DNA from: Octopus vulgaris | Lineage: Eukaryota | Direction of reading: 5' to 3' | NCBI GenBank assembly: GCA_951406725.2 | Contig: OX597816.1 | Coordinates: 85,498,001-85,562,000, forward strand | Length of the DNA: 64,000 nt | Shown: positions 28,244 through 42,841 of the stretch, in pieces | Position numbering within the stretch: position 1 is the stretch's first letter | Layout: each line of letters begins with the position of its first letter | The notes under the pieces: generated by a model | Seen by the model: only the letters and a program-made list of their open reading frames with translations | Told to the model about the DNA's origin: nothing | The model's database searches: none | Made by a program: the position numbers and the translations under genes

Positions 28244-28365
28244 TTCTTTAATATATCCCCTCCTTTTCCTCTACTGTATAGATACGTTGATACGTTTATA
28301 TATATATATGTACATATATATCGTTGAAACTACTTTTCTGTAGTGGCTTTGAATATGTGTGTGTA

Positions 28366-28403
<38 letters not shown>

Positions 28404-29239
28404 TATTGCGGTGTATATATATATATGTATATATATGTTTGTCCGTGTGTCAGTAGGTACATTTTCTTTTACACATAGCAAATATTTCATGCACAGCAGA
28501 CATTGCAATATTGATTTGATAAATCAATAGTAAATTTGATTGTAAAAGTCCACTGTTACATTTTCTAAAACTAATGTCTCAATTAAGTCGAACGACAATG
28601 CTATTCTTTTCACATAACACTGAAAGTCCGTTTCTTAATAAGTTAAGTATGTGTCACGTTTTGCATTATTATAGACACGAAACAATAATCTGAAGACGTG
28701 GACGCAATAATGAAATCGCATTTCGAAACAATGGAAATATTTGAATGAATAAGAAAGTTGCTATTATTCTTTTTATTCGAGTATCTCTTTCATTCATTAC
28801 AAAATGAGAGTCAAAGCAGAAGGAATTTTAGTTCGAATTGTTATGGAATTTTATTGCTTAAGACTTACTTTTATAGTAAGAGGTGCCGTGAATGTGCTTA
28901 TATAAATTTTTGTGTTTCATAGAGATTATTTTTTTCAAACTGAAAGTGTTCTGGTTGAGACAAATCAGGGGAAGTAACTGAATAGGAGTTGCTGAATTAT
29001 CACATTTACAGAAACGACGTGTACTACATTTTTGAAGTATTGCTAAGCTTTCAACTCAAACTATTTTGGGAGAATTTTCCTACATATATTCTGTGGATAT
29101 ATAAGTTGGTATAATGAAACGAAGCACTCATTTCGTTACTCCTCTAACAGTTCATGCATGTCACTGTTTTGAAAATCTGCTAGCAATAGAAAATTCACGT
29201 AGTCTTAGTGTTTTCTGGGATCTGGATTAATACTATCTA

Positions 29240-29470
29240 TGTTATTTTTTTTCAACGGTAAGTGTGTCTCTATGAAAGTGAGAAAAGGATTCAGTGCAGT
29301 CAAGTGCCGTACTCTATTGCTAATGAAATGTCTTCTGTGCGGTAGAGTAAATGATATTCCTAAGAGAAAATTTCTTCTCATCTGTGAATTATTTCATGGT
29401 GAAACTAAAATGAAAACATCCAAGAGATGTGACACACAATTCAAGCAATGTGTAAAAGTCAAACACTCGT
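29240..29470 (+). mobile_element. RTE LINE 3' ORF remnant
   Basis: LCGRVNDIPKRKFLLICELFHGE..K..KR..TQFKQCVK resembles GHV.RM...RLPKQ.LYGEL..GKR..GRP..RFKD. Confidence 0.4.
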
Positions 29471-29479
29471 TGTTCGCCC

Positions 29480-30930
29480 TCATTAATACTGATAATCCCA
29501 TACCATCCGAAGCCCTTTAGCCAGGATTAATTGTCTGCACCTTGGTGGTATGAGTAGCTGAACTGTCTTGGGTTACATCTCGAAGCGAATCTTACTTAAA
29601 TTTGCCAACGAACTTAATAAATGAAATTATAAACGTATACGGCTACATAACTATACTACCGAATTCAAGCGTCGTTGGAAGCTATAAAATTTCAAGCAAG
29701 TTTTTATTTAGTCGTCTATAAAACATAGGTAAGTGTACTGAGCTGCTGCTCTGAAGCCACCGAGTACCCGAAGCTGATCCTGGATTGGAGTCTCTTGAAT
29801 TGCCAATAAGAATTGGTCATAGAATTAATCCGTCATTATGATGCATCAAGTATCGGACAGTAGACACTGATAAATTTGACAAGTTTATCAGCTATATCGA
29901 TTCAAACTGAATGGATGCGATCTGTCCTTCTTTCATTGGGCTCCAACATATTTAGCATTGAGATGCCTATAACAATAATTTTCTCCTAGCAAAGCCAAAA
30001 CTAACTACCTGGAGTCGTATAAGTGATTTCCCTGCATGACATGTCTTGTGTAGAGTCATGAATTTCACTTGAAATGTTATTAGTTCAATCCTAGTTGCAG
30101 CAGTCATTCTTATGTCATGGATCTTTTTGAAAATATTTAATAGACCAATGGTCATCGGCTGCAAATTCATGCACCTTAACCTGAGTAGTGGCTTTTTCTT
30201 GTGTCTCCTTATTATACCTGATGCAGCATTTACCATCCGCGATCCAGGCTACCTATATTCCTCAGCCGCATTCACTTTGTGATGCATGTGGATTTAGGCG
30301 AGAGTGCACCAAATTGGCTAACGTTTTTCCTGCCCTAGGTGAGCGTTATCTGTCCAGTAAGCAAGATAGGCTCTTCCTCCGGTGGAATCTACTCCTGGTG
30401 AGAAATTTCACGCCAACGTATCACAGAACTATAAGCGGTTGACTGCTGCCCTGTGTGTTATGTCATCTCCAAGAGGTGCTGTTAGCGTGTCAGTACCTGA
30501 GTGATGAACAAAGCAGGATAGTAGGCAGGTAACAGTAGGAAAGCAACAGCAGTTCATGCAATAGGTTCCCCTTGATGTTGTCCCTGCGAAGAGAAAGGTC
30601 GATACAGTCCGGGATCGTGTATTACAGAGGTTGGTAGAACAAATTTGAAAATAACATTGCACAGCCTAAACGTGCTCAATCTCAATACCATTCACAAGGG
30701 TGGTCATTGCCGCGTGGCATTAGACTACATTCTTACTTAGGTGAACTATATTAGCAAGCTGATGAATTCATCTACCAGAAGGAATTTTAAGGCACCAAAA
30801 CCAGCCTTTGCACCTTCTAAATTCAGTAAGAACATCTCCAACTGCTAAGCCGCACAACAGAGCCAGCATTCAGACTTGGATATCAGTGATTGGTTGAGAC
30901 GTTTGCCTTGAGAACCACTTCTTGGTGGTC
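29480..30930 (-). mobile_element. RTE LINE 5' part (5' UTR and decayed APE endonuclease)
   Basis: NLQPMTIGL..IHDIRMTAATRIEL..FQV (cf. WNVRTMTPGL..D.RKTAVIN.EL.RLQV), GFARR.LL and DRIHSV..VKFISVYCPIL (cf. ISVYAPTL). Confidence 0.65.
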
Positions 30931-32095
30931 GAAGATTATACCCACCACTAATCCTCGGTTTTACTAACTTGCTCACTCACAGGCACACAAACACACTCAC
31001 GCACACTCCAGCGCGCACGCACGCACGCACACACAGATGTCTATAAATCTTTACTTTGGCGTGGTTATTATATTTATACACTGTACAATATTTTATGAAC
31101 TGTATATATTCTCATGCATAAGAATAAACTTTACTTTCGTCGGCCTCCAACCTTATCATCGACGACAAAGCCATTTCGCTAAGCTTTTCGATCTACTATT
31201 ATCACGTCTAGTTCTTGGAGAGAATAAAGAAATGGTAAAAGAAAATTTTACAAAAATATTAAATTGCAGTAGTATACCGTTTTAAGAAATTCCTCTAGCA
31301 GAAACATATTATACATTGTTTGTGTGCGTGTATTTGTGTGTGTTCGTGTGTGCGTGTACGCGTGTGATTATATCTGTGACTGTCTGAATATGTGTGATTA
31401 TGTCTGTATTTGTGTGCGTGACTGTATGTGTGTGCTTGCATCTATATATATCTCATCGTATTTTTACACTTCGTTTTCCATTCAAATGATATTGCCTCCC
31501 TACCATATTATATACAAAATGATACTAATAACAATATTAAATTCTTTACTACCTTTGTCCTTTCTCGCATTCAACATCCTTCAGTAAATATCACAAATTG
31601 TAATTTCGTCCTTAAGTTAGAGATATTCTGAAAAAGCTGCATATGCCACTTTATTTAACAAAGAATATCGAATATATTCGCCTGACATTAACATATGTTT
31701 TTTGCACATTTACAATGTAAGGTTTCTTTCATCTTCATCTCTATTAATTTGTACGATATTTTTATGAAAAAAATTTCATAAATTTTATATTAGTTCTCAG
31801 CAGATTTCTGCATCTTTATTCATTAAGAATTATCGAATATCATGGTTTAATTTACATAAAGAGTCGTGGATCTCCATAATTGAGTCGTATATATTATATT
31901 TCTTCGTTTTTGTTTCTTATTTCTTACTTTGCTTTTGAAGATAGGTTATTTATTTTTCCACTTGATGCAACAAAATTGATCCCATAAGTGCGAACAGTAA
32001 TCTGAGGTGTTACTTGATAATGCTAACCCTAAATCCCTACCCTCCCTATCATTCACGCATAAATATTCACACACACACACATGCCTATATATATA

Positions 32096-32139
<44 letters not shown>

Positions 32140-32348
32140 ATATATATATGTATATATATGCATATATGCATGTGTTAGCATATGTTTATGATATTCATAA
32201 ATATAGAAATAGAGGATAGTTACTTCTGCAGCATATTATGTTAAGTTTCTACGATTTTTCTGAGATTCAGATCTCGGTCAATTATTGATAGGGAAAATTC
32301 CAAAGTATTTTTTCTCATATACTTACTGTAAGTTTTGCTTTTATATAT

Positions 32349-32454
<106 letters not shown>

Positions 32455-35099
32455 TTGATTTTACCCCTGAGAAATCCCTATGAAAAATTAACCAAGAGGA
32501 AAAAATAAGACAAACATATCTGGAAGTTGTTTCATGAGTTACTCGATAAAAGCTGTGTGATAAAGATCAATGGGTTTTAGGTAAGTATTTTTTATCACGA
32601 GCAATGTTAGAGTAATTTTATGCTCTGTTGAGTAAGATGGATACTCCAATAGAATTAACCTTTGAAAGTAACAGAGAGAAAGGGAGAGGAGTTCGGTGGA
32701 GTGAGGGTAAGGGAGGAATGAAAGAACGTGATATAAGTGGGGAGTGAATAAGTGAGAATAATATAAAAGACAGCGAATATAATAGTGAAACGGTAAAGAG
32801 AATGAAACTGTCAGTAATACATTCACTGTTTTCAGTGGGTGAGAGAGAAAGATAAATCGTTACAGGTAACGTTGACACACAAAACTTAATAAGCTCGCTC
32901 CAAGACTGGGGGGAATATCTCTTACTTTCTCTGGTTATTGCAATTCATGACTTAATGCGCAAGTCGACTGAATATTTTATATACTATATTTAGTCGCTTA
33001 GAGGATGAGTTGAAGAAAATATATTATAAGTGAGACGTATTGTTAATCGCCAGATTTTCGACAATTTCTTTTAAAACTTCTGGCATTATCAATCATATAT
33101 ATAATACACAGCAAAATTATATGAACAGCAATACTTTTAACTTTTCCAATGAATGACTAATTTTTATAGCCAATATCACTATACGCTAAGTTGTTCTACA
33201 ATATTGTGAGAACGTGTTGGATTATACTTGTTGGGGATTTAAAACCTAAACGTACTCAAAATTCTGACCGCTCATACAAAAGAGCACAACTACTCTACAC
33301 TGTTTGCCTACATTTAATTTTTATATCAATCTAAATTTCAGATTTCGTTCCCTTGCTTTCGTTGGCAAACGTTGTCTTATAACGATAATAAATTTTTACA
33401 AGAGCGTAATTTCAAATAAACATTATTTTTGGCTCGGTGTACTAGTTCATAACTTCCCACATAAATATATGATGGCTACAAACAAATATTTGGTGGAATT
33501 TTCATAACATGCAATAGCCCCTGGATTCGGCCGTAGAGGCGTATATCCATAATTTACGTTCATGAAAATGGTTGGCAAAATTAGATATTTGTATATTTAT
33601 ATACTTTGGTATTATCTACTATGATTCCTTCTCTAAGTTTATTCATTGTACTTGAGTGTACATGGAGCTAAATGATTTGTTAAATATCGATTTTGAAATT
33701 GAAAACCACACGCTTACATCAGTGTACTGTGTCATGCGGGAGGCAATCTGGTGAAGCTGGCAGTTGACAGAGTTTTACATTATATTATATATACTGACGT
33801 AACGATTCTGTTTTACACCAAAGAAAGGTAATAGCTCAAAACAAAAGCAGTGACACTATAGAACTGATATATGCTCACTTAAATGACTCAAAGAAAAATC
33901 GCAGTCTGTGATAGGAAGGCAAACTCTCTTTGTAAATATTTGTCGTTTAACACGAATTTGGTCACAGCGGCTACCTTGATTTTGATACTTGTGAAAATAC
34001 AAATTGTCAAAATGAGCGAGTATTTGAATATGCCCGGCCAGAAAGAGATACATAGCCTTCAACGGTCTATTCCATATAGCGGTTATGATTATTACTGTAT
34101 TTCTGACCACAGTGATAGAAAGTAAAGTTATTTTACCTCCTTATTGAACACAATATTGACAATGATTCTCTCTATATGTATGAATAACAGAAAGAATTAG
34201 GGAAACGCCCCTCGGCATTAGCTTTTGAGTGTCTACACGAGATATTAGCTGCATAACCTTCCTTATAGCCATTACATATAATCTTCCAATGCTTAGTTTC
34301 AAAATCGCTCACAAAATACACTATTTGCGCAGTGTGTTGTTGTAGTCATGTTTAATTATATGAATAATGCAAGCAGCTGACTTTATAAGGCAAAACGTAT
34401 CAATCTGAGAGTTAGGAAATTTGAGTAATCTCATCAGCATTGTTTTTTTCTCTGTATAATCCAGAAATATTTATTTTTGCAACATTACAGAGAAAGTGAT
34501 TTTATATCCGGAATGTGCAACATACGTAGCAGTAATTTTAAAATTTAGTAACTAATATGATATTGTTTTCTTTTTGTTATCAAAGATAATAAATTACTCA
34601 TCGAATTAAGTACAAGATCTCACCTTTGGCTTATTGAAACTATTGCTTGAAAGAAATATTCTTTTTTAGTGCATCACTGACAAAATACAACTCATTCCAA
34701 GGAAATGTCTGCCACAAAGATTTCTAGTTTATAAAATACCTGGAATATATTTATGAGAGCAATGAATAGTAATTATTACTTTCATTCACAAAAAGGTTGG
34801 TCAATGTGGACTAGACAAGAGAATTACACTTGATTCGTAGAGCTTTGTATTAGCTACATTTTTTCTGAGTTGAAATCCAGCTGGCGTCGTTTTGTTCTTA
34901 AATATATGGATTTATATCATTGCTCGCATTACGTTACATATAATCGTATCATCTTTATATGATTATGGATAAACGAATACACTGCTACAGTGTAATAATA
35001 TAATTGAAATAAAAGGCAGTAGCCACACGGAACATAACAACATTTTAAGGACCAACAATCCAACACGCTAACTCGAACTGTAAATTTTGAATTCAAGCT

Positions 35100-37750
35100 T
35101 TGATCTATAAATACACGAACTGTGAAACTAGCACAAACGTTTTCCTTATTTGTCCGCCCGGGTGGGAAGCGCGAGTGCCTGCAGGCACTCCATTTGCCAA
35201 GCACTCAACCTGGATCATCGCCTGATCAAAGGACCTAGATATCGAAGGGAGGTTAACTATGGAAAGAAGAACTTCAAGAGCGGTGACCATACCTTCTCAC
35301 CATCCAGATGACGCCAGAGATGCCTATGCCTCAGCGCAAATTTGCACATCATGAACCACGGCATCCCTAGACCAATATTTAACGGCTTTTGGCAACAGAC
35401 AGAGCACCTTACAAGTGGCCTCCACCTCCACATAAAGCAAAAGAGGAGTCTCTCCAACTTGCTTAGCCACGAATCAGGACAATGCACGACGGTCGGACGG
35501 ATGCAGTATACCCACCTTCCTAGCAGCGATAACGCCCGTCCAGAGAAGATCTAGATTAGAGTAGTTTCCTTGCTTGTTACTTCACCTTACCTCACCACAA
35601 TTCTTCTCCATCAGGAGCTCTAGACCAAACCAGACTCCTTGCATCTTAACAGGACCTTCAATCCAACGTCCCACGATGTTATCTGACGACATCGATTTGC
35701 CCTAATAGGTGCCGACTTTTCCTGATTAATTCTTGCTCCTGCCACCGCTTCATATCTTCTGATGGCATTTTCTAAACAAGGTAGCTGCCCTCCATCCGAC
35801 ACGAGGTGGTGATGTCATTCGCGTATGCGCTCGCCGTCCACCACCGGTTATTAGCTATGGTGCCAGTTAAAACCCTCTGTACTAATTCCATAATCCAGTT
35901 ACTGTATGCCTCACATACCAAAATAGCTTTGTTCAGCTTCCGATAACCGGGTCCCTATCTATGTACTCTATCTATGATCACCCTGCGCATCACTAATTTT
36001 TGATCCGTGTAGGGAACCAGAAAGAACTGTGGACAGCTAAAACTAGACTTATCTCTAGTCCTTACCAAAATCCTGTGTACATAAGACATTCGTGACCCGT
36101 CACCATTAGACCAGGTCCACACTGAGGTGTTCATGTGGTCCAGTCTGTAACGACCTGCTAGCTGAAATCGCTTAACCAGATCGGTGAGTCGTGAGCTTTC
36201 TTCCAACGCTATACAGGTGTGCGTCCAGAATAGCGTTGAAGTCACCTGACACAACTAATGTCTTTGACGTCATGAGTAAGTTCCCGGGGCGTTGATAGAA
36301 ATCGTTTTGTTTACCTGTACCACAAGGCACATAGATGCACATCACGTCAGCCTTAAGTACTTACGGTGAGAACGAAGAACTCACCTCCTGGATAACCAAA
36401 GATTGTCCTTGTCTGCAGAGCGAAGCTTTTGCGGAGCAACACTACTAACCCTTCCCCCTCGGCTTCCGGTTTAGCTAGGAGACATTATTTTCTGATAGCC
36501 ATTCAGGAGTGCCGAGATGTTTCGTAGGTCGTCTTTCTTGGTCTCTATAGTCACTATCACATCCATACTATGTGATCTAAGATCATCGTAGAAACATGCC
36601 TGCTTCCACTTCGACCCTAGGCCACGCACATTTAGAAAGCCAACATGAAACCCTGCTATCCAAAGGAAAATAAATGCTCACATATGTGTCAGTTGATAGA
36701 GGGATCAACCTCAGAATCTCTGAGTATATCTTCTCTTTTTTCTTTTCACGTTCTTCATCATTTTGAGGCGGTGAGTTTATGAGCTTCGTAGCTCTTCTTC
36801 TTTCTTTTAACTGTTTATATAATTATAAGTAATGCGGGCACGCTCACTTGTGCCATAAATGTATCACGTGTGGTGTTTTGTTATTATGTTATGCAAGTAG
36901 TTGTACTTTCAATTATATTTGATCAGTGTGGTCCTGTTTGCTAGGGTCGTATAGGTAAAGGGGCGGAGTGTTTTTGTTTTAAGTGTCGTGATGCGTTTTT
37001 TTGTGCGTGTAGTATGTTGGGAGGGTATGGGTGACGCACACTGTCTTTTCGGTTTCTTTCTTGTTACTTCCGAGAATTCCTCCTCCGTTATGACGACCTC
37101 TATGTCGTCTGCTGGGGAGGGAACTTCACTTGTCACAACCTTCTTTTCGCGTTTCTCCCGCTATTTTTTTCTTTTCTTTTGATTTGTTTTTATTGAGTTT
37201 TCTCCCCTCGATATATATCTAAAGTATGGTGTCTTCCCCGATCACCATACGATCGGGAATTTCTTCGAGGTCAGCCGGTTTTGCTCGTATTAAGATGTCT
37301 ACATTGTGCCCTAACCAATTTTGGGGAAGAGAGTGCATTATCTGTAGGATGTTAAGTTTATCCTCTCTGCGAAAGCATGGCGCCGCATGTCAACCTCTGA
37401 GGGTACTCCTTCAATTCTGATCCGCGATGTTCTACGTCCAAGATATGAGGCGAGTAGAACAACTTCCTTCATTTTGGTCGTTGTCACGGAATGTTCCTTC
37501 GCTTTTTCAGCGTTGATAAACCTTTCCTCATTGGAGGCAAATCTTTTGCTTCGAGCCACATACGTAATATCGCTCTATATCAGCCTGAGACATTTTTCAA
37601 TTTTATCCTTTTCAAGATTCGTGATTTTTTCTTCTGAAACATCGAAGCATTTATATACAATGGAACTATTGTTTCTCTGCATCGGTATTTCACTTGGTGC
37701 GGGGAGATGCGAACATCTCCCCTATCAATTGTAAGCATTGGTAATCGGTT
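35100..37750 (-). mobile_element. Tx1-clade LINE, internally deleted and decayed (ORF1, APE endonuclease, RT fragments)
   Basis: ORF1 ASYLGRRTSRIRIEGVP, NWLG and YIEGRK; endonuclease FLNVRGL (~36615-36645) and WTWSNGDGSRMSYVHRIL; RT AYANDIT (~35810-35830), YEAVAGARINQEKS and LERLLFCFMW...VCCQKPLNIGLGMP. Confidence 0.85.
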
Positions 37751-37794
37751 CTTGATACCGTTACGTTTTGATGCGACACATTTATTATGTCAGT

Positions 37795-38150
37795 CAAATT
37801 TCCCTTTCCCTGGACCAATTCCACTTTAGTCCTTTTTTTAATAAGTCGTTTAATGGAACTCTTAACTTGGGTATATTAGAAATGTAGCTTTGATAAATGT
37901 TTGCCAACACAAGAAATCTTTATAAAGTTGGAATAATTGCCGGCGCAGGCATATTTCTTATTGCATCTGACCTCGATAGATCAAGACGTCTACCTCTCTT
38001 ATCAGTTTTTTGCACTAAGTACTTAATTAAGGGTAGAAAGAAATTCGCATTTTACTTCACTCAAAGTTAACTGGAAATCTTTCACTTTTTTAAACACGGG
38101 TTTTATGTGTTTCACATGCTGTTCAAGAGAATTACTCCTGATCAAGCGCA
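37795..38150 (-). mobile_element. Ty3/Gypsy LTR retrotransposon pol fragment (RT C-terminus and connection)
   Basis: LIRSNSLEQHVKHIKPVFKKVKDFQLTLSEVKCEFL followed by YL..DKRGRRLD.SRSDAIRNMPAP...L*RFL.LAN.YQSYI.NI..LRVPLNDLLKKGLKWNWS. Confidence 0.8.
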
Positions 38151-38564
38151 GTCTTTTTTCTCGGCAGCTAAAAGATGCGCAGTGGATTTGAAAAAAATTA
38201 AAATATATAAGCAATGAGGCACATGCTGGATTGGTCTCGTTGTTTACATATTTAATCTATGACGTCCTTGTTGATGAAGACTTCGCCTGGTTAATAATAT
38301 TTATTTACTAAAATAAGTCAGAAGCCACGGTCCAGGAATTGGATGGTAAATGTTTTTTATTTTTCCTTTTCTTCGAGAATGTATCCCTAATCAGTGGTTT
38401 GGATTTGAGCTGTTCTTTCTAGCCTAAAGTATTCCTATAATGGAAGCCACTTAATGTGTTTTAATGTACACTGTATTTTATATGAATGATATATAGTCTA
38501 TTGACTAATTTTTCTATACGCTTGGCCACTGGTAGTAAAACTTTCTAAAATCTTCATTACCCTG

Positions 38565-38608
<44 letters not shown>

Positions 38609-38890
38609 TATAATAATTTACATACATTCATATGTATGGACCTGCATTCAAATATAAATCATCATACCTCTCTCTTTCTCTCTCTACATATATATGTATA
38701 TCATTGCGCGCGTACACACATGCAAAGACACACGCACACGCTCGCAGTTATATATGGGTATATATATGTATGTGTGTGTTTATGTATGTGTGTGTATACA
38801 CACACACACACATACACACGCACATATATATATATATACATATATATATTTATATATAACTGGCAATATGACCATTCCGAAATATAACAA

Positions 38891-38922
<32 letters not shown>

Positions 38923-40455
38923 GAAAGAGAGAACGAGAGAGGAAAAGAGAAAGAGGGAAGGCAAGAGATAAGTTGCATGTATATGAATGCAGAGACATAC
39001 ATATCAACGTATGTATATTATTCTATTCATGTATTTTAATACAAGGTTACATGAATCATGCATATATTCTATAACACTGCTTGATGTATAATATTAATAA
39101 ATATAATTATGAATGAACCCAATCAGAGTATAGTATAACTGCACATTCATGATACAATGATAATTACCGAACCAAGATAACACTGATGATGAAATTTTTA
39201 TGCTTCGTTTCAGTAGTATATAGTAATGTTTCTTTAGAAACAAAATACTGCACAATTCCAGGGTGCACTGTATTGCGCTCTGTAGTGCAGTTAATGAATA
39301 TGAAAGACCATATTTATATTGATTACCTCTATAATCCTTTATCTAACGGAATTAATAATTACAATTTGTGGCCTCCATGAATGAATTTTAGGCATTTATA
39401 GAATAGAAATTTATCTAGAAGTCATTTTCTTCAAATGGGTCGTATTGTGTCAGTGATACAATAATGAATTCTTTTTTCCTTCAGGCTATAGTGTGCGACT
39501 TATACTTAACTATTTTCGTTATTGTTGATAACAAAAAGTCAACGATAACATATTAGTTTGTAAATTATTGAATTACTGTTGCATGAGTCTAGTTTGCGTT
39601 GCTCATTCATGATATGAAAAGCTCTTTTTCTGCAGTCTTGCTAAAGAGGAGATTTGGGGGAAATATGAAAAAGAGGCGATGCTGAGATGAAAGTTTCTAA
39701 TAAGATACAGTTGAATATACAGTTGCCAGATCTAAAATAATATCACTTGATATGATTGAAAACATGCTACACTCCAAAAAAGGCCATCTCCATCATGTAT
39801 TTAAACCATCCGAACGAGGATGTTGATAATTTATAGGACAAGAAAGATTCCCAAGAAACGATTAACAAATAAACGCTCAAGTTATTAACCAGTAAATAGC
39901 TAGCCAGTAAACAATAAATTACCCATCAAAAATACTGTCCAACAGGATAATTATATGCATATAAAATATAAAAGAATGTAATTCAACGAGAGCACAAAGC
40001 GTGTATTCTCATTTTATACTTAGTAATTAAACAGGTATTTCTTTACATGATGCTACTGTATAATGCGAATAAACGAAAAGTATGACTGCTACGTGTCTGG
40101 AACAACGACAAACATTCTTTTCATTGGTGCACCAAAATGCTGGCAGTACACCAATTTGATGTTAGCATGATTTACTTGATTAAAATGACAAAGAAGAAAT
40201 CGCCATCACCATAGCAACAAGACTGAAAGCTTCCTTCCAGGCACATTCCGAGCAAGGTTGTTTTAGGGAAAACCAGCAGTCGCCCATATGTTGCAAAAAA
40301 ATAATATCATCGAGTAATTAACTCAAGTTTAAATCTAAATTAGTAACAAAAATTCTTATACCAATGCCATAATTTCGATCGAGGCAAGTAATCAATAACT
40401 TTTTAAGATATGATTCCACCTAGAAAATAATAATAATAACAATAATAATAATGAT

Positions 40456-40765
40456 GAGACACCCTTCGGTCATGACTGACCATGGGATTGCACCTAGAAA
40501 GTTATCCTTCCGGGCACAATCCGAGCAAGGTTGTTTTAGGGAAAACCAGCAGTCGCCCATGCATACCGGCCTCCCCTCTCCACGCCACCAGTGTTATCCA
40601 AGGGAAAGGTAAAGGCCGATACAGCTTGGCACCTGTGACGTCGCAACTCATTTCTACAGCTGAGTGAACTGAAGCAACGTGAAATAAAGTGTCTTTCTCA
40701 TGAACGCAACACGCAGTCCGGTCCGGGATTCGAACTCAGAACCTCACTGAGCCATGCGCCTTCAC
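40456..40765 (-). mobile_element. tRNA-derived SINE family C with RTE-like tail, flanked by (AAT)n
   Basis: B box GAGTTCGAATCCCGG (rc of ~40722-40738) and rc tail CCATGGTCAGTCATGACC; partial duplicate at 40226-40288. Confidence 0.75.
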
Positions 40766-40787
40766 TAATAATAATAATAATAATAAC

Positions 40788-40880
<93 letters not shown>

Positions 40881-40886
40881 CATAAT
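40766..40886. repeat. (AAT)n microsatellite
   Basis: About 40 units with occasional AAC. Confidence 0.95.
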
Positions 40887-41017
40887 GATAGTAAAGAATA
40901 TATGAGTAGATGCTATCTCAATGAGTCAACTCAGTTAACAATATTTTTAATGCAAAATCAAAAGTAATACGTGAGGGTATACTGAATGGAACGTTAGATG
41001 ACAAATATCCCTTAATA

Positions 41018-41699
41018 AATTTTGAAGACGGTTTCAACGAATTACACCTGGCCGTATAGAATTTTATCAATCAGCCGTCATTTTGGTCACTCCACATTAC
41101 ATCTATCCCCGATCTCATCATACAGAGGAAAACCTCGTGTCCATCCAAAATACAAGAAAGTAGCGCTGAGAACTTCATTTTGGGCTCGACTGATACCCGG
41201 ATTCTATACAAATTAAAATCTGTTCAGAAAAATTCCGAACGTCAACAATACATCGACACTAAACGAAAGTGTGCGAAAGGCTTTTTTGGCTCTGCAGAAA
41301 TCTCGGATAATTCAATCTAATGACACATCCGTGACTGTTGTGCTTTTTCTTTCACTTAAATTCCCTTGTAGCAATCTCAAAGAACTCATTCGAGGTAATT
41401 ATCTATTCTCTAGAACCCAATGGTGTCCGAAACTTAAACTGTTGATTCTCATCGTCGAGTAGATGGCTAAAGGACGCCGTACAGCTTTCTCACAGTTAGA
41501 TCTTTATAGCCTGAGATAGGGCGAGTCCATACTGACGTTCTCGGCGCTGCTTTCCTGTATTTGGTACAGTCACATGGTTTTTCTCTGCAGGATGACTTTG
41601 ATGAAAGGTGTAATGTGGAGTGACAAAAAGGACAGGCGATTGACAAAATTTTCTTCAGCCAGATTTCGGATGTAATTCGTTGTATTAGTCTCCAAAGTT
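41018..41699. mobile_element. Long-TIR MITE / foldback element (~680 bp)
   Basis: About 200-bp imperfect inverted arms: CAACGAATTACA, GTCACTCCACATTACA and AAATACA.GAAAG.AGCGC.GAGAAC are mirrored at ~41480-41699. Confidence 0.75.
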
Positions 41700-42448
41700 C
41701 GGCAAAATATGCCGAATTCTTTGCACCTTTTTATTTACAATATGACACATCTTATTTCTTTCATTGACTTCTTGTTAAACACTGCAGTTAGGTTTATGCA
41801 ACTCCTTTTATATCTGATAATACTTCTGCATTGGTTTCACATATACATCTGACAACATATAATTGTCCTGTGCTGCCATTCATGCCTTTCTTCTTGAAGA
41901 AAACATTTTGTTCTAGAACTCATGTATTTTCCTATGTAATCACTGTTAAGGCGAAACTGTTACGCTTTTCAGCACTGTTAGCTGGCTCCCAATATTTGGT
42001 ATTACAATCACGTTCCTTCTACTGTTAGTAATAGTAGTGGTGATGGTTGATACTCTGTATCATATTTCTATTGTTCTCTTGATATTGGTGTTTGTATTGT
42101 TACGTTACGAATTTTATGTTCAACGTTGTTGACAAGATGTTAATGCTACAAAGAAAACGGAATATATAAAATATTTTCTAAAATAGTATTCTAAAGATAG
42201 AAATTCTGAATGTGGCAATAAATTAAATATGGTAGCAATTAAAAATGTTAAATGCATGGATATCCGAAAAAACATTCCCAGTTTTAAATGTTAACGGCAA
42301 AAAAGTATCATTAATAGAAAATGCAAACTTATTCATTGTGAATAAAAACAATGAAATTTGCTAACTTTAGGGAATAATTGGGGAAAATTTCTAATCGTTC
42401 CTTCTCCACGAAATACGTAAGTAAAATAATTTTAATAAAAATTAATTT

Positions 42449-42841
42449 AGGCGTAGGAGTGGGTGTGTGGTAAGTAGCTTGCATACGAACCACATGGTTC
42501 CCGGTTCAGTTCCACTGCGTGCCACCTTGGGCAAGTGTCTTCTACAATAGCCTCGGACCAACTAAATCCTCGCGAGTGGATTTGGTAAACGGAAACTGAA
42601 AAAGGCTCGTCGTATATATGTATACATGTATATGAATGTGTGTGCATATGTTTGTGTGTCTGTGTTTGTACCCACAACAACTTTTGACAACCAATGCTGG
42701 TGTGTTTACGTCCCCGTAACTTAGCGGTTCGGCAAGTACTAGGCTTACAAACAGTAAGTCCTGGGGTCGATTTACTCGACTAAAGCCGGTGCTCCAGCAT
42801 AGCCACAGTCAAAAGACTGAAACAAGTAAAAGAATAAAAGA
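42449..42841 (+). mobile_element. SINE family A (CORE-like), full length
   Basis: GGCGTAGGAGTGG.TGTGTGGTAAG head, GGTTCAGTTCC B box, ACCTTGGGCAAGT core, GACTGAAACAAGTAAAAGAATAAAAGA tail. Confidence 0.9.
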
